From assembly GCA_012295275.1 (NCBI GenBank), contig CM022665.1:806001-870000 (forward strand): a stretch of DNA of 64,000 nucleotides, in the 5' to 3' direction. A model generated the notes under the pieces. The model had not been told where the DNA came from. It did not search any database and worked only from the letters and a program-made list of their open reading frames with translations. The position numbers were made by a program, and so were the translations under genes. Below, piece by piece: positions 1 to 12,543 of this stretch. How positions within the stretch are numbered: the first letter of the stretch is position 1; every line of letters starts with the position of its first letter. The stretch comes from Chrysomallon squamiferum. Taxonomy: Eukaryota; Animalia; Mollusca.

Positions 1-24
1 TTTGGTTTTATTAAAATATAATGT

Positions 25-957
25 GATGTTACAGAACAGTTGAGAAGTGCTGAAACAGAACAGTTGAGATGTGAAGAGAGAGAACAGTTGAGAAGTGATG
101 AGACAGAACAGCTGAGAAGTGATGAGAGAGAACAGTTGAGAAGTGATGAGACAGAACAGCTGAGAAGTGATGAGACAGAACAACTGAGAAGTGAAGAGAG
201 AGAACAGCTGAGAAGTGATGAGACAGAACAGCTGAGAAGTGATGAGACAGAACAGTTGAGAAGTGATGAAACAGAACAGTTGAGAAATGATGAGACAGAA
301 CAGCTGAGAAGTGATGAGAGAGAACAGCTGAGAAGTGATGAGACACAACAGTTGAGAAGTGATGAGACAGAACAGTTGAGAAGTGATGAGAGAGAACACT
401 TGAGAAGTGATGAGAGAGAACAGTTGAGAAGTGATGAGACAGAACAGTTGAGAAGTGATGAGAGAGAACAGCTGAGAAGTGATGAGACAGAACAGTTGAG
501 AAGTGATGAGAGAGAACAGTTGAGAAGTGATGAGACAGAACAGCTGAGAAGTGATGAGAGAGAACGGTTGAGAAGGGACGAGAGAGAACGGTTGAGAAGT
601 GATGAGACAGAACAGTTGAGAAGGGACGAGAGAGAACGGTTGAGAAGTGATGAGACAGAACAGTTGAGTGAAGAGACAGAACAGCTGAGAAGTGAAGAGA
701 GAGAACAGTTGAGAAATGAAGAGACAGAACAGTTGAGTGAAGAGATAGAACAGCTGAGTGAAGAGATAGAACAGCTGAGAAGTGATGAGAGAGAACAGCT
801 GAGAAGTGATGAGACAGAACAGTTGAGAAGTGATAAAAGAGAACAGCTGAGAAGTGATGAGAGAGAACAGCTGAGAAGTGATGAGACAGAACAGTTGAGA
901 AGTGATGAGATAGAACAGCTGAGAAGTGAAGAGAGGGATCAGTTGAGAAGTGATGAA
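25..957 (+). repeat. 24-bp coding minisatellite (consensus GATGAGACAGAACAGTTGAGAAGT = DETEQLRS), about 38-39 units
   Basis: Directly visible tandem array, open in the IAP frame throughout. The few length variants are 21-bp units (SEETEQL/SEEIEQL), which keep the frame. Confidence 0.97.
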
Positions 958-2856
958 TTCGGGACAGAACATTCAGACACTGTCAGATACAGGAGGGAGT
1001 GGGACCGATATGCATCTTACTTACGATTTCCTCTAACCTCAGCCTGGCCAAGTCGTCTTGCAGCTGCTGGATTCTACTTCACTGGGACTGGGGATCGCGT
1101 TGTTTGCTTCAGCTGTGGTCAGAGCTATGATCACTGGAGACGTGGAGATAACCCAATGGACATTCATAGACAAATATCACCAAGCTGCAGATTTGTCCTG
1201 GGAGAGGAAGGAAATGAACCGATTAGTGTAAGTGAGAATGCTGAGCAGAGACTTCAAGAATTCCTGGGCAGGTTATCTGTCAGTTCAGTGTTACCAGTAC
1301 TGAGATCTTCTGCTATTGAAAGTGAAACACTTCACAGTTCTGTCAGTGGTGGTGCTGTTGCCTCTAATGATTCTCATCAAAGTTCTTCACAGCTCAGTCT
1401 CAGTAATTTACCAATCCTTCAGCTGTCCGCTTTTATGTCTGGAAGCTCCTCGACATCAGACCTGGGATTGCATGCAGCACGTCACCCCGAGTACGTCGAC
1501 GTACAACGACGTATTTCGTCTTTTCAAAACCGATGGCCACATCCTGACAACCAGTCTCTGAGAGAACTGGCAGAAGCCGGTTTTTTCTTCTCTGGTCAGT
1601 GTTACTGCTGCTTAATTATAAATCTTAACATTTTAATAATAATGTTAATTTCAATGGTGACTTAAAAATCTTGACATTTTAGTAGTCATTTGAAATTTTT
1701 GATACTTTTATAGTCATTTGAAGTCTTCGACATTTCAGTAGACTTTTAAAAGGTTTGATATTTTAATAATCGTTTAGAATCTTTGACATTTTAATAGTGA
1801 AATTAAATTTTCTGCATTTTAATCTTTATTTCGAATTTGGACGTTTTGGTAGGCATTTGATACTTAATTATAATCATTTGACTTTTTTGTGTTAAATAGT
1901 CATGTGAAGTTGTTGACTTTTTAACAGTCTTTTCAAAATCTTTGATATTTTTTATTTTTACAGAATAAAATACATTTGAGTAGTAGTAACAGGGAACTGA
2001 TTATTGTTGTAAACAAAATATCGCACAAAAAACAAACATAACAAAAGTAACAATAATAATAAAAATAAAAAGTAAATGAATTAAATAAATACATAAATAA
2101 ATAAATAAATAAAAAGTCAGCTAAAAAACTGGTGGAAGAGCATACTTTAATTTTAATTCATGAAATTGTTCTGTGATTTTATTTACAGTATAATTTCCAA
2201 ATCTCTTCATTTTGTTGTTGTTGGTGTTATTATTTGTGTCTTCTTCAGTCAGAAGAATAATGAAAATTAATAATTAAGAACTAAAAGATAAAACACAAAA
2301 TAAAGACACACAAACATAATTTCTTTGATCATTATTTTATTTTGTTGTTATTTTATATAACAATTTCACATTTTACTCTTGCTAATTTTCATATTTTATT
2401 AATGGAAATACCGTTTGTCTTTGTGTGTGTGTGTCTGTGTGTGTGTGTGTGTGTGCGCGCACGCGCGCGCGTTATGTTTGTCAGATGAAATGTATACAGT
2501 TATGAGCAAGCACATTCATGTATACACAGGTAATTCACGTGATAGCACGTCCTGCTTTTACTGCGGCGAAGAACTTAGAAATAGGATGCAGGGACAAAAC
2601 CCTTTTGTGGAACACGCCAGATGGTTTCCACAATGTGATTTCATCAGACATGTGAAGGGAGACAATTTTGTTGATTTGGTTCAAGAAATGAATGAAAACG
2701 AAGTAGAGGTAACTAGCTGACATTTTTGGATTTACCATGAAATTATTAAACTTTTGTATAAATATGTGTACTTGTGTTTACAATAGGAATTCACCAATTT
2801 CTTACATTTAATTGAGATTTCTAATCTTTTCTCTCCCTGTTTATTTATTTATTTAT

Positions 2857-2897
<41 letters not shown>

Positions 2898-4626
2898 CAG
2901 TTAGTATTGATTTATTATATTTGGTCAGTTTGAAATTTGTATTATAATATTTTTTTGTCATTATTATTATTATTATTGAAAATGTATCAATAATGTTTTT
3001 AAATTTATTTTAGATTGACTATAACGAAGTGATGGATATTTTAAATGACTGTCGACCTATATTTGAACGTCTTGGAATTAAAACACGTCAAGGTAAATTT
3101 TAACGTTAACAAAATTCTAGATTTATCAACAAGATAAGATCCGATGCAGACTGTCACAATGAGATCTTATCAGTAGAATTAATATTATAAATATTTTTTT
3201 TCATTCTTTTCGTACAGTTGATGAGTTCATTGTTTCTGAAGAAAGGAGTGATGAATTTATCGAAACAACAAGAAACACAGAACGTGCAACTGGAGGTATA
3301 TTGCAGTTTTATTTCACTACATTTTATTTGTATGTTTGTTTATTTATTTGTTTATTGCTATTGTTTGTATTATTGCTATTGTTGTTATTGTTATTACTGT
3401 TATTATTATTGTTGTTATTATTGCTGTATTTTTTCTTGTTGTTGGTTATTATTATGATTATTAATAATACTAATATTTTATTCATTTATTTTTTAATTAT
3501 TATTTATCTATTTATTTATTTATCATTGACGTTGTTGTTATTGTTGTTGTCACTGATGTTACTTGTAATGAAATTATTATTATTATTATTAATATTATTA
3601 TTATTGATGGTATAAACGGTATGTTCCCAAAACTGGCAGTCTCCAGATTAGGTAAGGGGTGAGGTGTTCTAATCCGCTTCCAGAAATGGGAAAATTGGCG
3701 TGAGCAATTAAGGCCAGTTTAGACGCATGGGGATAACGCGATGTGTGAAGAACAGATGGGGCGATTAACGAGATTAACCTTAATGAGCAGTGAAGAGCAG
3801 AGGTGAGCCGGAACAGAGACTGCAAGAAAATTAATGTTTGGAGACATGAAATTAATGCTATATCTCAGTAACATTTGGAGACAGGAAATATACCATAAGT
3901 CAAGCACAAACTCTTCCAGCTGGGACTGCAGTACGTCACGTGTACCCGGGACACGGCTTCCTACTTGTCAGCTTGCGGTGGAGTGCTTTCTGGGACATTC
4001 TGTATGTAAAGTGTAACTGAATGTGCTTTCAAATTGTGGACAAAATACTGTTTAATAAACGTACATCAGTTAAGGCGATTGGTTATCAAATAAGGTGACA
4101 AAACACCAATTAGTAAGGGTGAGAAATAAACTGCCAGAAATGGAACAACTGGTGTGTCCAATTAAGATGTGTTATAATCTCACTGCCAGATTCGGGAATG
4201 CCAGAATCTGGAATAAACAATTATTGATACATGACATATTTAAGAAACAAAGAAATTCAGAAAACCTTTTGGTATATTCATACAACTTTACGATAAAGTC
4301 TACAAATTATTTGTTTCAAAGGTTATGTGTAACAAAGTATACAAGTTATTTGATTTATTTTAAACTGTTTTTTGTTACAAAATATACACATTACTTAACG
4401 TATAAGAATTATATTATCTTTATTACGTCCTCTCTGGTATTTAACAGATTCCCTGCCGGATGATAATGAGGAACTCATCTGCAAAGTTTGTCTTGAAAAC
4501 AGGGTCAGAATGGTTTTCCTGCCCTGCGGTCATCTTTGTTGCTGTGAAGATTGTGCGTCCAGACTGCGAAGATGTCCACTCTGTAGAAAGATAATCCAAG
4601 CCACTGTGCGAGCTTTCTTGTGTTAA
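35..4626 (+). CDS. Inhibitor of apoptosis (IAP/BIRC-family) protein, 2 BIR + C-terminal RING, 5' end outside window
   Basis: Exons read by hand: 35-1594, 2530-2708, 3014-3092, 3218-3295, 4448-4626 (TAA). All introns are GT-AG with compatible phases. BIR1: RLAAAGFYFTGTGDRVVCFSC-x16-H-x6-C. BIR2 is split by intron 1: LAEAGFFFSG|NSRDSTSCFYC-x16-HARWFPQC. RING: CKVCLENRVRMVFLPCGHLCCCEDCASRLRRCPLCRKIIQATVRAFLC*. There is no in-frame ATG before BIR1, so the acceptor ttacag ending at 34 is assumed. Confidence 0.93.
1620..1955. repeat. Degenerate ~28-30 bp AT-rich minisatellite in IAP intron
   Basis: Recurring aaatcttgacattttagtagtcatttg-like units. Confidence 0.6.
3617..4218 (+). mobile_element. 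Non-autonomous MULE/FLYWCH-type DNA transposon, copy 1 (last intron of the IAP gene)
   Basis: Starts CGGTATGTTCCCAAAACTGGCAGT. Both arms match the reverse complement of 47927-48770. The right end is locally duplicated (tgccagattcgggaa-tgccagaatctggaataaac). Internal ~3902-4016 encodes KHKLFQLGLQYVTCTRDTASYLSACGGVLSGTFCM*, which resembles a transposase C-terminus. Confidence 0.8.
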
Positions 4627-6439
4627 TCTGATTCTGCACATTTTTATTATAATTTATTATTTTTTTAATTTTAATTTTTTAATATGAGGATGTGATGAAT
4701 TTTAATTTACTACTGCTATCAGTACGTCGATGACAGTTAACAGAAATAGACAATTTATATATTCCTGTACTGTCACAAGGAGAAATTTTGTATATTAAGT
4801 TATAAACATAAACAAAGACTGGTTAAAACCTGCCAATGTCACAATTAACAGAAACAGTACAATTTATAATCCAATCTGACATCACAGAAAGGAGTTTAAT
4901 ATGTAATAAACATGGCAGAAGCTTCATAAATTATTATAGCACAAAGAAATAACAGCAGTTAAACATATAACAAAGAAATATTCACTTAGAACTTAGAGGT
5001 TGTGCACTTTACAAGATGGTGGAAGCTTGAAGAACTTTAGCTGCAGTATTTTATATCTTGTTTTTAAATATTTTATAATAGATACGGTGGAAACAAATTA
5101 ATACATGACATGTTATATGAGAGAATAACCTGGATCTACGCCAGCAAATAAGAAGGAGGAACGGAAGAAGAAAGAAAACAATAAACAGCGGATAGAAACG
5201 AAAGAAAAGATGCCGTCAGCTTCTCCAACTAGTGCGTCCGACTCACAATCACAAGTTTTATTTAGCAGTGAATTCACCTGAATACTGAAATCCAGCTTAC
5301 CAAGTTCAGCCTGTGTTACAACAGCAAATTCCATCATGGACCAACCAGTTATTTCAGAAACAAAATGAAATACCAAATACACTTCTTGTCATTTCACTAA
5401 CAGCCGTGAAGAGGTTCTCAAACATGTGCACTGAAGCAAATGAAAAGTTAATGTAGATAAATATATTGGTAAATATATTTTGCGTTATCTTTGTTTAAGT
5501 TGGAAGCAGAGACAAATGGTTATCCTGTTTCTGTATGCTCTGTTTGATTTGTTGATCAGTTTGATGCAACCTGTACAGGCTCCAAAGAGAGTTTGAGTTA
5601 TATATTTTTTTCCAACAAAAACTGTTGGAGAAAATTAAAGAAATAGGAATTATAATATTTCATTTAACGCCAACTCCCACGTCCTCAACCACTAAATAAT
5701 AAGAATACATGTGTAATATAAATAATTATCTTTGTAATATAAATATTGTGTTTTGTTTTGTGTTCATAGTGGATACTTGATATTATATATAGTTTATATC
5801 TGTAGTATATGCAGATATATTTATATATCTATTATAATCAATCGTCACAGTTTCTTAACTGCACAGTCAGTGGGTCCACTAAAGGTGCAAACCCTAGACA
5901 AGAAACGAGACATATTTTAATAGGGTCGTTAGCACTTGAAAGCTGACACCTCTTATGCGCTGGGCCCCATGACAATGATAACGAGTGATTCACTGATTGA
6001 AGCGTCATGTTTTTGATAACATACTAGATAAAATGAAGTTCTGTACAAATATTAGAGAAAAGAAGTGTTTCTTTTTTCTTCTTTTTTTTTTCTTTCTTTC
6101 TTTTATTTGTTTATATATATATACATACAAAAATAAGAGAGGTATCGTGTTTTTTATTACTCGAAGACGACTTGGTGGGTGTCGAAATCTGTTCTCTGTG
6201 TTTGAGACAAAATGTCTTGCTTTGTTGATTTGTTATAAGGTGAATTTGCATTTCCCCTAGAACCTTCCTTTGTCGCTTGAGATAAAACTGCGTTGCTGAA
6301 CTTGTAGAATAATAAGTTTCAGTTTTTAATGGTGTTAATAATAAAGCTGATGTCTTTATCTCTCTTTCGGAGGAAAGGGGTGGGTTCGTGTGAATAATAT
6401 GCAATGAAGTTGATTCTGTGCTTGTTTTTAATTTATTTG

Positions 6440-6715
6440 AAGCTATTTTTATAGTTGGCGCGCGCGAGTGTTGTCCTCACCAGACTGGAACTACTCTTTC
6501 AAGCCGCGTGGCTTTCATTCACTCGCCGCATTGTTTACGTGTCGAGTCGCCACAGTTGTGTATCGTCAGTTTTCAATTTTAATTTTAAAATGTTTATGCC
6601 TAATTATTTACGTATTTAGATGTCTTGGTACCTAAAAAACCTGAAAAATCCAGAAAACCGGAATATCCAGAAATCCGGAATGCCTCCGGATAATTGGTCC
6701 GGTACCTATACACGT
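6440..6715. mobile_element. Possible MITE remnant (CpG-rich segment with tandem (A/T)CCGGAA subrepeats)
   Basis: CpG-rich island in AT-rich DNA ending in ccagaaaaccggaatatccagaaatccggaatgcctccggataattggtccgg. No partner TIR identified. Confidence 0.3.
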
Positions 6716-8246
6716 GCAGTTGTCGCCCTTCTCTGCCAACGCCTGTACAGAAACAGTTCAGTTACGTTAGAAATAGGACTTGGTGTTATAATATATTTAT
6801 TTATTTATTCATATATACCTGATAAACAATTAAATTTGAATTGTACGAAATCTGGCAAGGTGTTTAAAGTTCCGTTCATAATCATATACTATTCTGCGTG
6901 TGACAAGACTGAAGTGTTTGTGTTATTATTCTTGTACTTCAGAAAGCATAAATCTGTTATCTTTCAGAAATCAGCGAATTTATCAACAACGGAAACAACA
7001 ATACTTGAAAATAAAGTTTCGTTGATAAATTATTTTTTATTTTTTTTATTTTTTTATTTTTTATTTTTTTTTTGTTAATTTTTAATGTTTTTTATTTTTA
7101 TTTTTATTTATTTATTTATTTTTATTTTTTTATTTTTTTATTTTTTTTTTTTTATTTTTTTTGTTATCCTGGACTACAATATACCGCGGAATCCAGAGAT
7201 GAAACAATGTCGTTCTGAAATTCATATATAATTAAATTCACCCAAAAACACCCACAACAAACTAGTTCGATCATTGTTTTTCTGACTTCAGATATTTTGT
7301 CTGTTTATATTCTTTAAACGGGACAAAATCTTGTATACTGACCAAATAATTTATGTTCCGATAAATACAATCGTTTTAGGTTTAGAATTTTAACTTAGGC
7401 CGTTTAGAACTAATTAGAAGACCATATTTACTAAAATATTTATATTACAATGAATGACATAATTGAGTTTTAATGTAATGTATATTTTAGTTCACATGAA
7501 TCCAAAACTAATACTTTCGAAAAAACAAGACTGATAAAAAGGAAGTAATTTAACTGAGGAAAACAAAGTTCTGATATTTGAAACTAAGTTCAGTTTACAG
7601 ATGTTTGTTATTAAAATGTATCTGAATGGCCACCATACATTTATGTGGTAACGATAATAAAGAAAAATCACTTTAAATATACAAAATAAATACAAACAAG
7701 ACAGACAAGGAAAAAATAAAAATAAAATAAAATAAACACTCTAATAATTACAATATAAATAACAAAACTGAGAACACTGAGTTAAAATTAACTATATTTA
7801 ATTTTATTAAACTATACATATGATATGCTACAAATTTATAAAAAAATAAATGTCCGGCTATTTAAAGAACCTTTTCCTTTATAAAACAACAGTAGAATGT
7901 TTCTTCTCTAGGGCTAGTTTTAGTTAATAAGGATATTTTTGAGAAGTCCTCTCTTTTCCTTATAAAGTGAATATAGATCCACCAAAAACAGCGCGCACTG
8001 CTGCCAGTTTTCAACGAGTCCTCACTTTTCCCTATAAAATGAGTACAGTTGATCTGTTGTATAAATATTGTAAACAATTATTCGTTTTAATGGCTGCAGT
8101 CCCACCGGTTTTCCTGTAAGTTTTACCATTGAGATGTATTCCTTTACGTTTTATGTAAAGTTTAGGCAGCATCTTTATATTATGAAAATTATAAAACCTT
8201 GTTCCTCGAATAAACAACGTTCTCAACGGCCTAATGACAAAGGAAT

Positions 8247-9715
8247 TCAGCTGCCGTTTATATACCCTGTCGTTACCACAGCGTCACGTAAACAATAGCT
8301 TATGTAATCTGTTTTCGTGAATATGGAAAAATCGTATTAAATCATTTAGAAATATTTCAATAAATAATCATGAATATTCTTTCACACGACACGATAGATC
8401 AATTAATGTATATAACATTAATTAATTAATATGACATTTCTTCTGATTTCTCAGTGTACTTTAGATCAGGATACAAACGCTGTAAAGGGAAAACAAAAGT
8501 CTGTTTTACAAAATCTACTAAAATTATTATACATTTATTTATAATATAATATTTTGTAGATGATATCTACTGAAAATGTTAAAAATTAAGAATGTAATAA
8601 ATTAGTTAATTCATTAAATATGAATTAACAAAATTTAATGAATGGTGATATTCATTCATCTAAATTTAACACAAAATCTTTTCAATCACTTACATTATGC
8701 CGACATCGCAATCTGCTGACATCTTTCAAAACGCACATAAAGCATATCCCCAAAACAAAGCCTCCGATAAAGACGGTTATTATTACGATGTCTAGAATGT
8801 TAATAAAATTATTTTAAAAATAATAACAACAACAAAAAGAAAAAGAAAGAAAAACACCACCAAAAAATACCAACAGCAAAAAAATACAAACACCACCTGC
8901 ACACATAAAAAAGTCGACAACCATTTAGATCAGTACAGATTATATATATAAACGAAAAAAACCAACAAAGATATCGTAAAATGTTTATAAATAAATCCTG
9001 AAATGTTACGAGGATTTGTTACGTTATCGTCATACTTTATTAGTCGTAAAGATCGTTTTTAACGGTCAATCATTGGGAAATGCACAGTTATAATTATGCT
9101 TGAATCTCTGGTGTTATATTTTATACGATATACTTTTGTATGTGTACTTACTATTATTTGCTTGCTTATTTTCAAAATCTTTTTCTTTTGAACATAGAAT
9201 CTCTGCTTCCTGCGTTGTTGGTATTAGTGTCCGCTTGCTTTCTGTTCTAAATGAAACAACTGTCTTCCACAGTGTTGGTGGCATTTTGGTTAACTTAGTT
9301 CTTTTTATGTATGCTTCCGAAATCTTTGTGAGTGACACTGCTTTTATATTTGTTTCAGTGGTTTGTGATACTGTCCTTGAGTATTTGTGTTTTGAAGTTG
9401 AAGCTGGTGTATTGTTTTGTTGAGGACGTGGGCAGGATGAAGTAAAATGCTTCGGAATCTGTGGTTTATCTTTAGACCCGCATCTTAAATTAATACGGTT
9501 CCCATGAATTCCTAAGATAGGAGAGAATAGAAGGAAAATAAATATATTATCACAATGATAGTAATCACTGTTATATCGTCATTTCTGTCAGCATTATTAT
9601 TTATTCATAAATTCATACTGCTTTCAGTAAACAGCTAGATTTAACTGTTTTAATAGTATTTAGCCATCCTTCAATCTTGTATCTTATTAATATATTCATT
9701 ATTCATTAATAATTT

Positions 9716-9787
<72 letters not shown>

Positions 9788-9840
9788 CCCCCCCTCTCTG
9801 TCTCTCTCCCTCTCTCCCTCCCCCCCCTCTCTCTCCCTCT

Positions 9841-9903
<63 letters not shown>

Positions 9904-10925
9904 AAATAAATGAATAAAGACCGGGTAAAACCGAAGAACGCACCGTATACCTGGAACCATATTACTGTTGTGTCAAACAATACAGATATATGACTGAATG
10001 TCGTTCTGTAGAAAATAGTACTGTAACTGGAATCTCTGCAGGCTATTGCAGTACGCCTTTTATCTTTAAAGAGGTCAACTGTACAGGAAATATTTCTTAT
10101 TTGAATTCTCCTTAAGGAGCGCGTTTTGTTGCAGGATTCCGAATACAGATGACATATGCAGTTACCTCCCTTATTATCAATCGTCCCAATTCTATTTCCA
10201 GTATCGTTGTTTGATTCTTCTATAAAAATAAATATGTAATAATTAGTTTAAAAAATAATAAATAAATAAATAAATAAGATACTACTGGAATAAAAGGCAG
10301 AAGAAAAAAAATGATATTTATAATATAAAGCTGAAATAAAATATAATAATCTATTTGATAAAATTAATAATTATTTAAATGAAATCAAAACAAATAACGT
10401 ATTCTCGAAACAAGAAAAATTCTTTAATCTTTGTTTCAGTTTCATTTACATAAATTATTTTCCATAGACATATTATATTTTAGTCTTAGGTTATTCAACT
10501 CCTCCAACAATTCCTTTAACTTCTACAACTTATAAAATAATCATCTATGTCAAATTTGTTAACTAAAATTAAAACGTACCTTGAAAGCACTGATAGTTAA
10601 TATGAACGAAATCAACTTTTGGTTCCAACAGCAGATTATTCCTGAGCAGTGGTGATCTTTTCTTTATTACACAGTTGCCAGTGAAGGAACACTTCAAATG
10701 AAGGATTCCCAGTGAAAATGGAAAAATCATCATCTTTGGTTTCTGTACATGATCTTGGCACTGGCAGACAATTGTTTTGTTACGGTCTGATGGATTGTAC
10801 ATTGTAGAGCACTTGTTGATGGTAAGAGATCCATAGCTGATCTTTTCAAACAGCTCGCCCATATTGCAGTTATTTAAATATAAGAATTTCAAACTTCCAG
10901 AAAGTGCTAGAACAAATACCACCAT
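8247..10925 (-). CDS. Putative secreted Cys-rich plus Thr/Ser-rich protein (~347 aa), unknown family
   Basis: Exons 10925-10580, 10219-9944, 9511-9152, 8308-8247. Donors gtacgt, gtgcgt, gtaagt. All introns are phase 1; the internal exons are 276 and 360 nt with open frames. Hydrophobic N-terminus MVVFVLALSGSLKFLYL. The last exon and the start codon (10925 versus 10973) are less certain. Confidence 0.65.
9717..9900. repeat. Long polypyrimidine (CT)n microsatellite with C-rich core
   Basis: Directly visible; lies in intron 2 of the putative secreted-protein gene. Confidence 0.95.
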
Positions 10926-11246
10926 TACATTTGTTTGAGTTGTTTTATAACGATATAGGAGTTCCAACGACATGAGCAACTACGTTAAGTATTTATATTT
11001 ATTACTTAACCACATATAGTTTACTTTTAGTAAGGGTTATATACAAAAAAAATTGCAGATAATCAATTATTGATTTTCTAATAGAGAATTTGTTACTGAT
11101 CAGTTTTAAAATTTCTTGGTTCTGCTCATCTCTGTAATAAAAATATTTTGAAATATGTTGTAATTAACGTGAAATTAATAACAATAAGAAGAAGAATTGC
11201 AATAAAAATTATATTTGCCATAATAGAGATGGAGAGATAGATAGAT

Positions 11247-11335
<89 letters not shown>

Positions 11336-11775
11336 GTCATAAATATATTTGGAGAGTGATAAAATCATTTATATGTTATGACCATTTACAATGAAAGATT
11401 CGAAAGATTTAAACTTACGTTTTAATAAACAAAACAGTACAAAACAGTTAACTACAAGCTTTCTTTTATCCATTTTCTATATCCTCTAAATTATTTCACA
11501 CAACTGCATCAAGAAAGCAACAATAAGTCCACGACTTTGGTCCTCCGTCTAGTCTAGATGTAATTCTTCATCATATGTTTGGTATTATGAGAAAAGAGAA
11601 GGGGAAAAATTTCATGATTTATCAAAAACGGAAACACTTAAATTTAATCAGTGAATGAGTTGACCGCATACTGGTTTTCGTAGATAAATTTATCTCTGAG
11701 AGGAAAACATATCTGGTAATTCTCAGTAAACCCAGTCAGTGTTAGAGCTGGAAAACAAATTTGTAGGATGAAACA

Positions 11776-11914
<139 letters not shown>

Positions 11915-12543
11915 CCCATGGACAAAGGAAACACTGTAAATTTGAAATTATAGAAAAAAAATAGAACACAAGTCGAAACTCAGTGTAAAACACATAGTCC
12001 AAATGTAACAACAGTGTTTGCATAAAAATGAAACTATTCCATGAGAATTCGCGAAATAGGAAACCACAACCGCAACTGCACATTCAACTAGCATATGAAA
12101 ACTGTTTACACGGCTTGTAAGAAAATAACACGAGAGAAATGCCACAAATGACACTGTTTTAAAATTGCTTTTAAAAATGAATTTATTGAATGTAGCTGGA
12201 TGTAGAAAAATGCTATACATGTAGGAATAATTTTCTCTAATTTACACTTTATCCAAATCGTGCATACAAAAAAAAAAAAAAAAAAAAAAAAAAGAAAGAA
12301 AGAAAATTAAAACATTCATTAAAAATAAAAATATTCAGAACATTTACAGTTGAAAGCACATTATGTTGAACGTTATCGTGATTTAATGTTTTTACATTTC
12401 CTTTCTCTTTCATTAAAGTCCACATTGATAGTTTCATAAAACTGAAAAAATCAACCCAACAACAACCAAAACCAAAACATGACACAACAGCAACACATTT
12501 TTAAATAATAATAATAATAATAATAAATGACAATGTTTTTGAT

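Noticed and set aside
29-346. Minus-strand ORF (SHHFSAVL)n
   Set aside because: Antisense shadow of the coding minisatellite.
25-957. Regular repeat array as a CRISPR-like locus
   Set aside because: Units are contiguous with no unique spacers, there are no cas genes, the context is eukaryotic, and the array is in frame with the IAP exon.
3218-3615. Cys/Tyr-rich and poly-Leu ORFs resembling keratin-associated or membrane proteins
   Set aside because: Produced by (TTA/TTG)n microsatellite in an IAP intron; only 3218-3295 is a real exon, in another frame.
7862-8226. Two short minus-strand ORFs (64 and 71 aa)
   Set aside because: No recognisable motif, and they lie after the predicted stop at 8247; probably 3' UTR of the hidden gene, though an alternative last exon cannot be excluded.
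9699-9980. (ER)n / (SL)n ORFs
   Set aside because: Translations of the (CT)n microsatellite; the same applies near 11250, 19230 and 30140.
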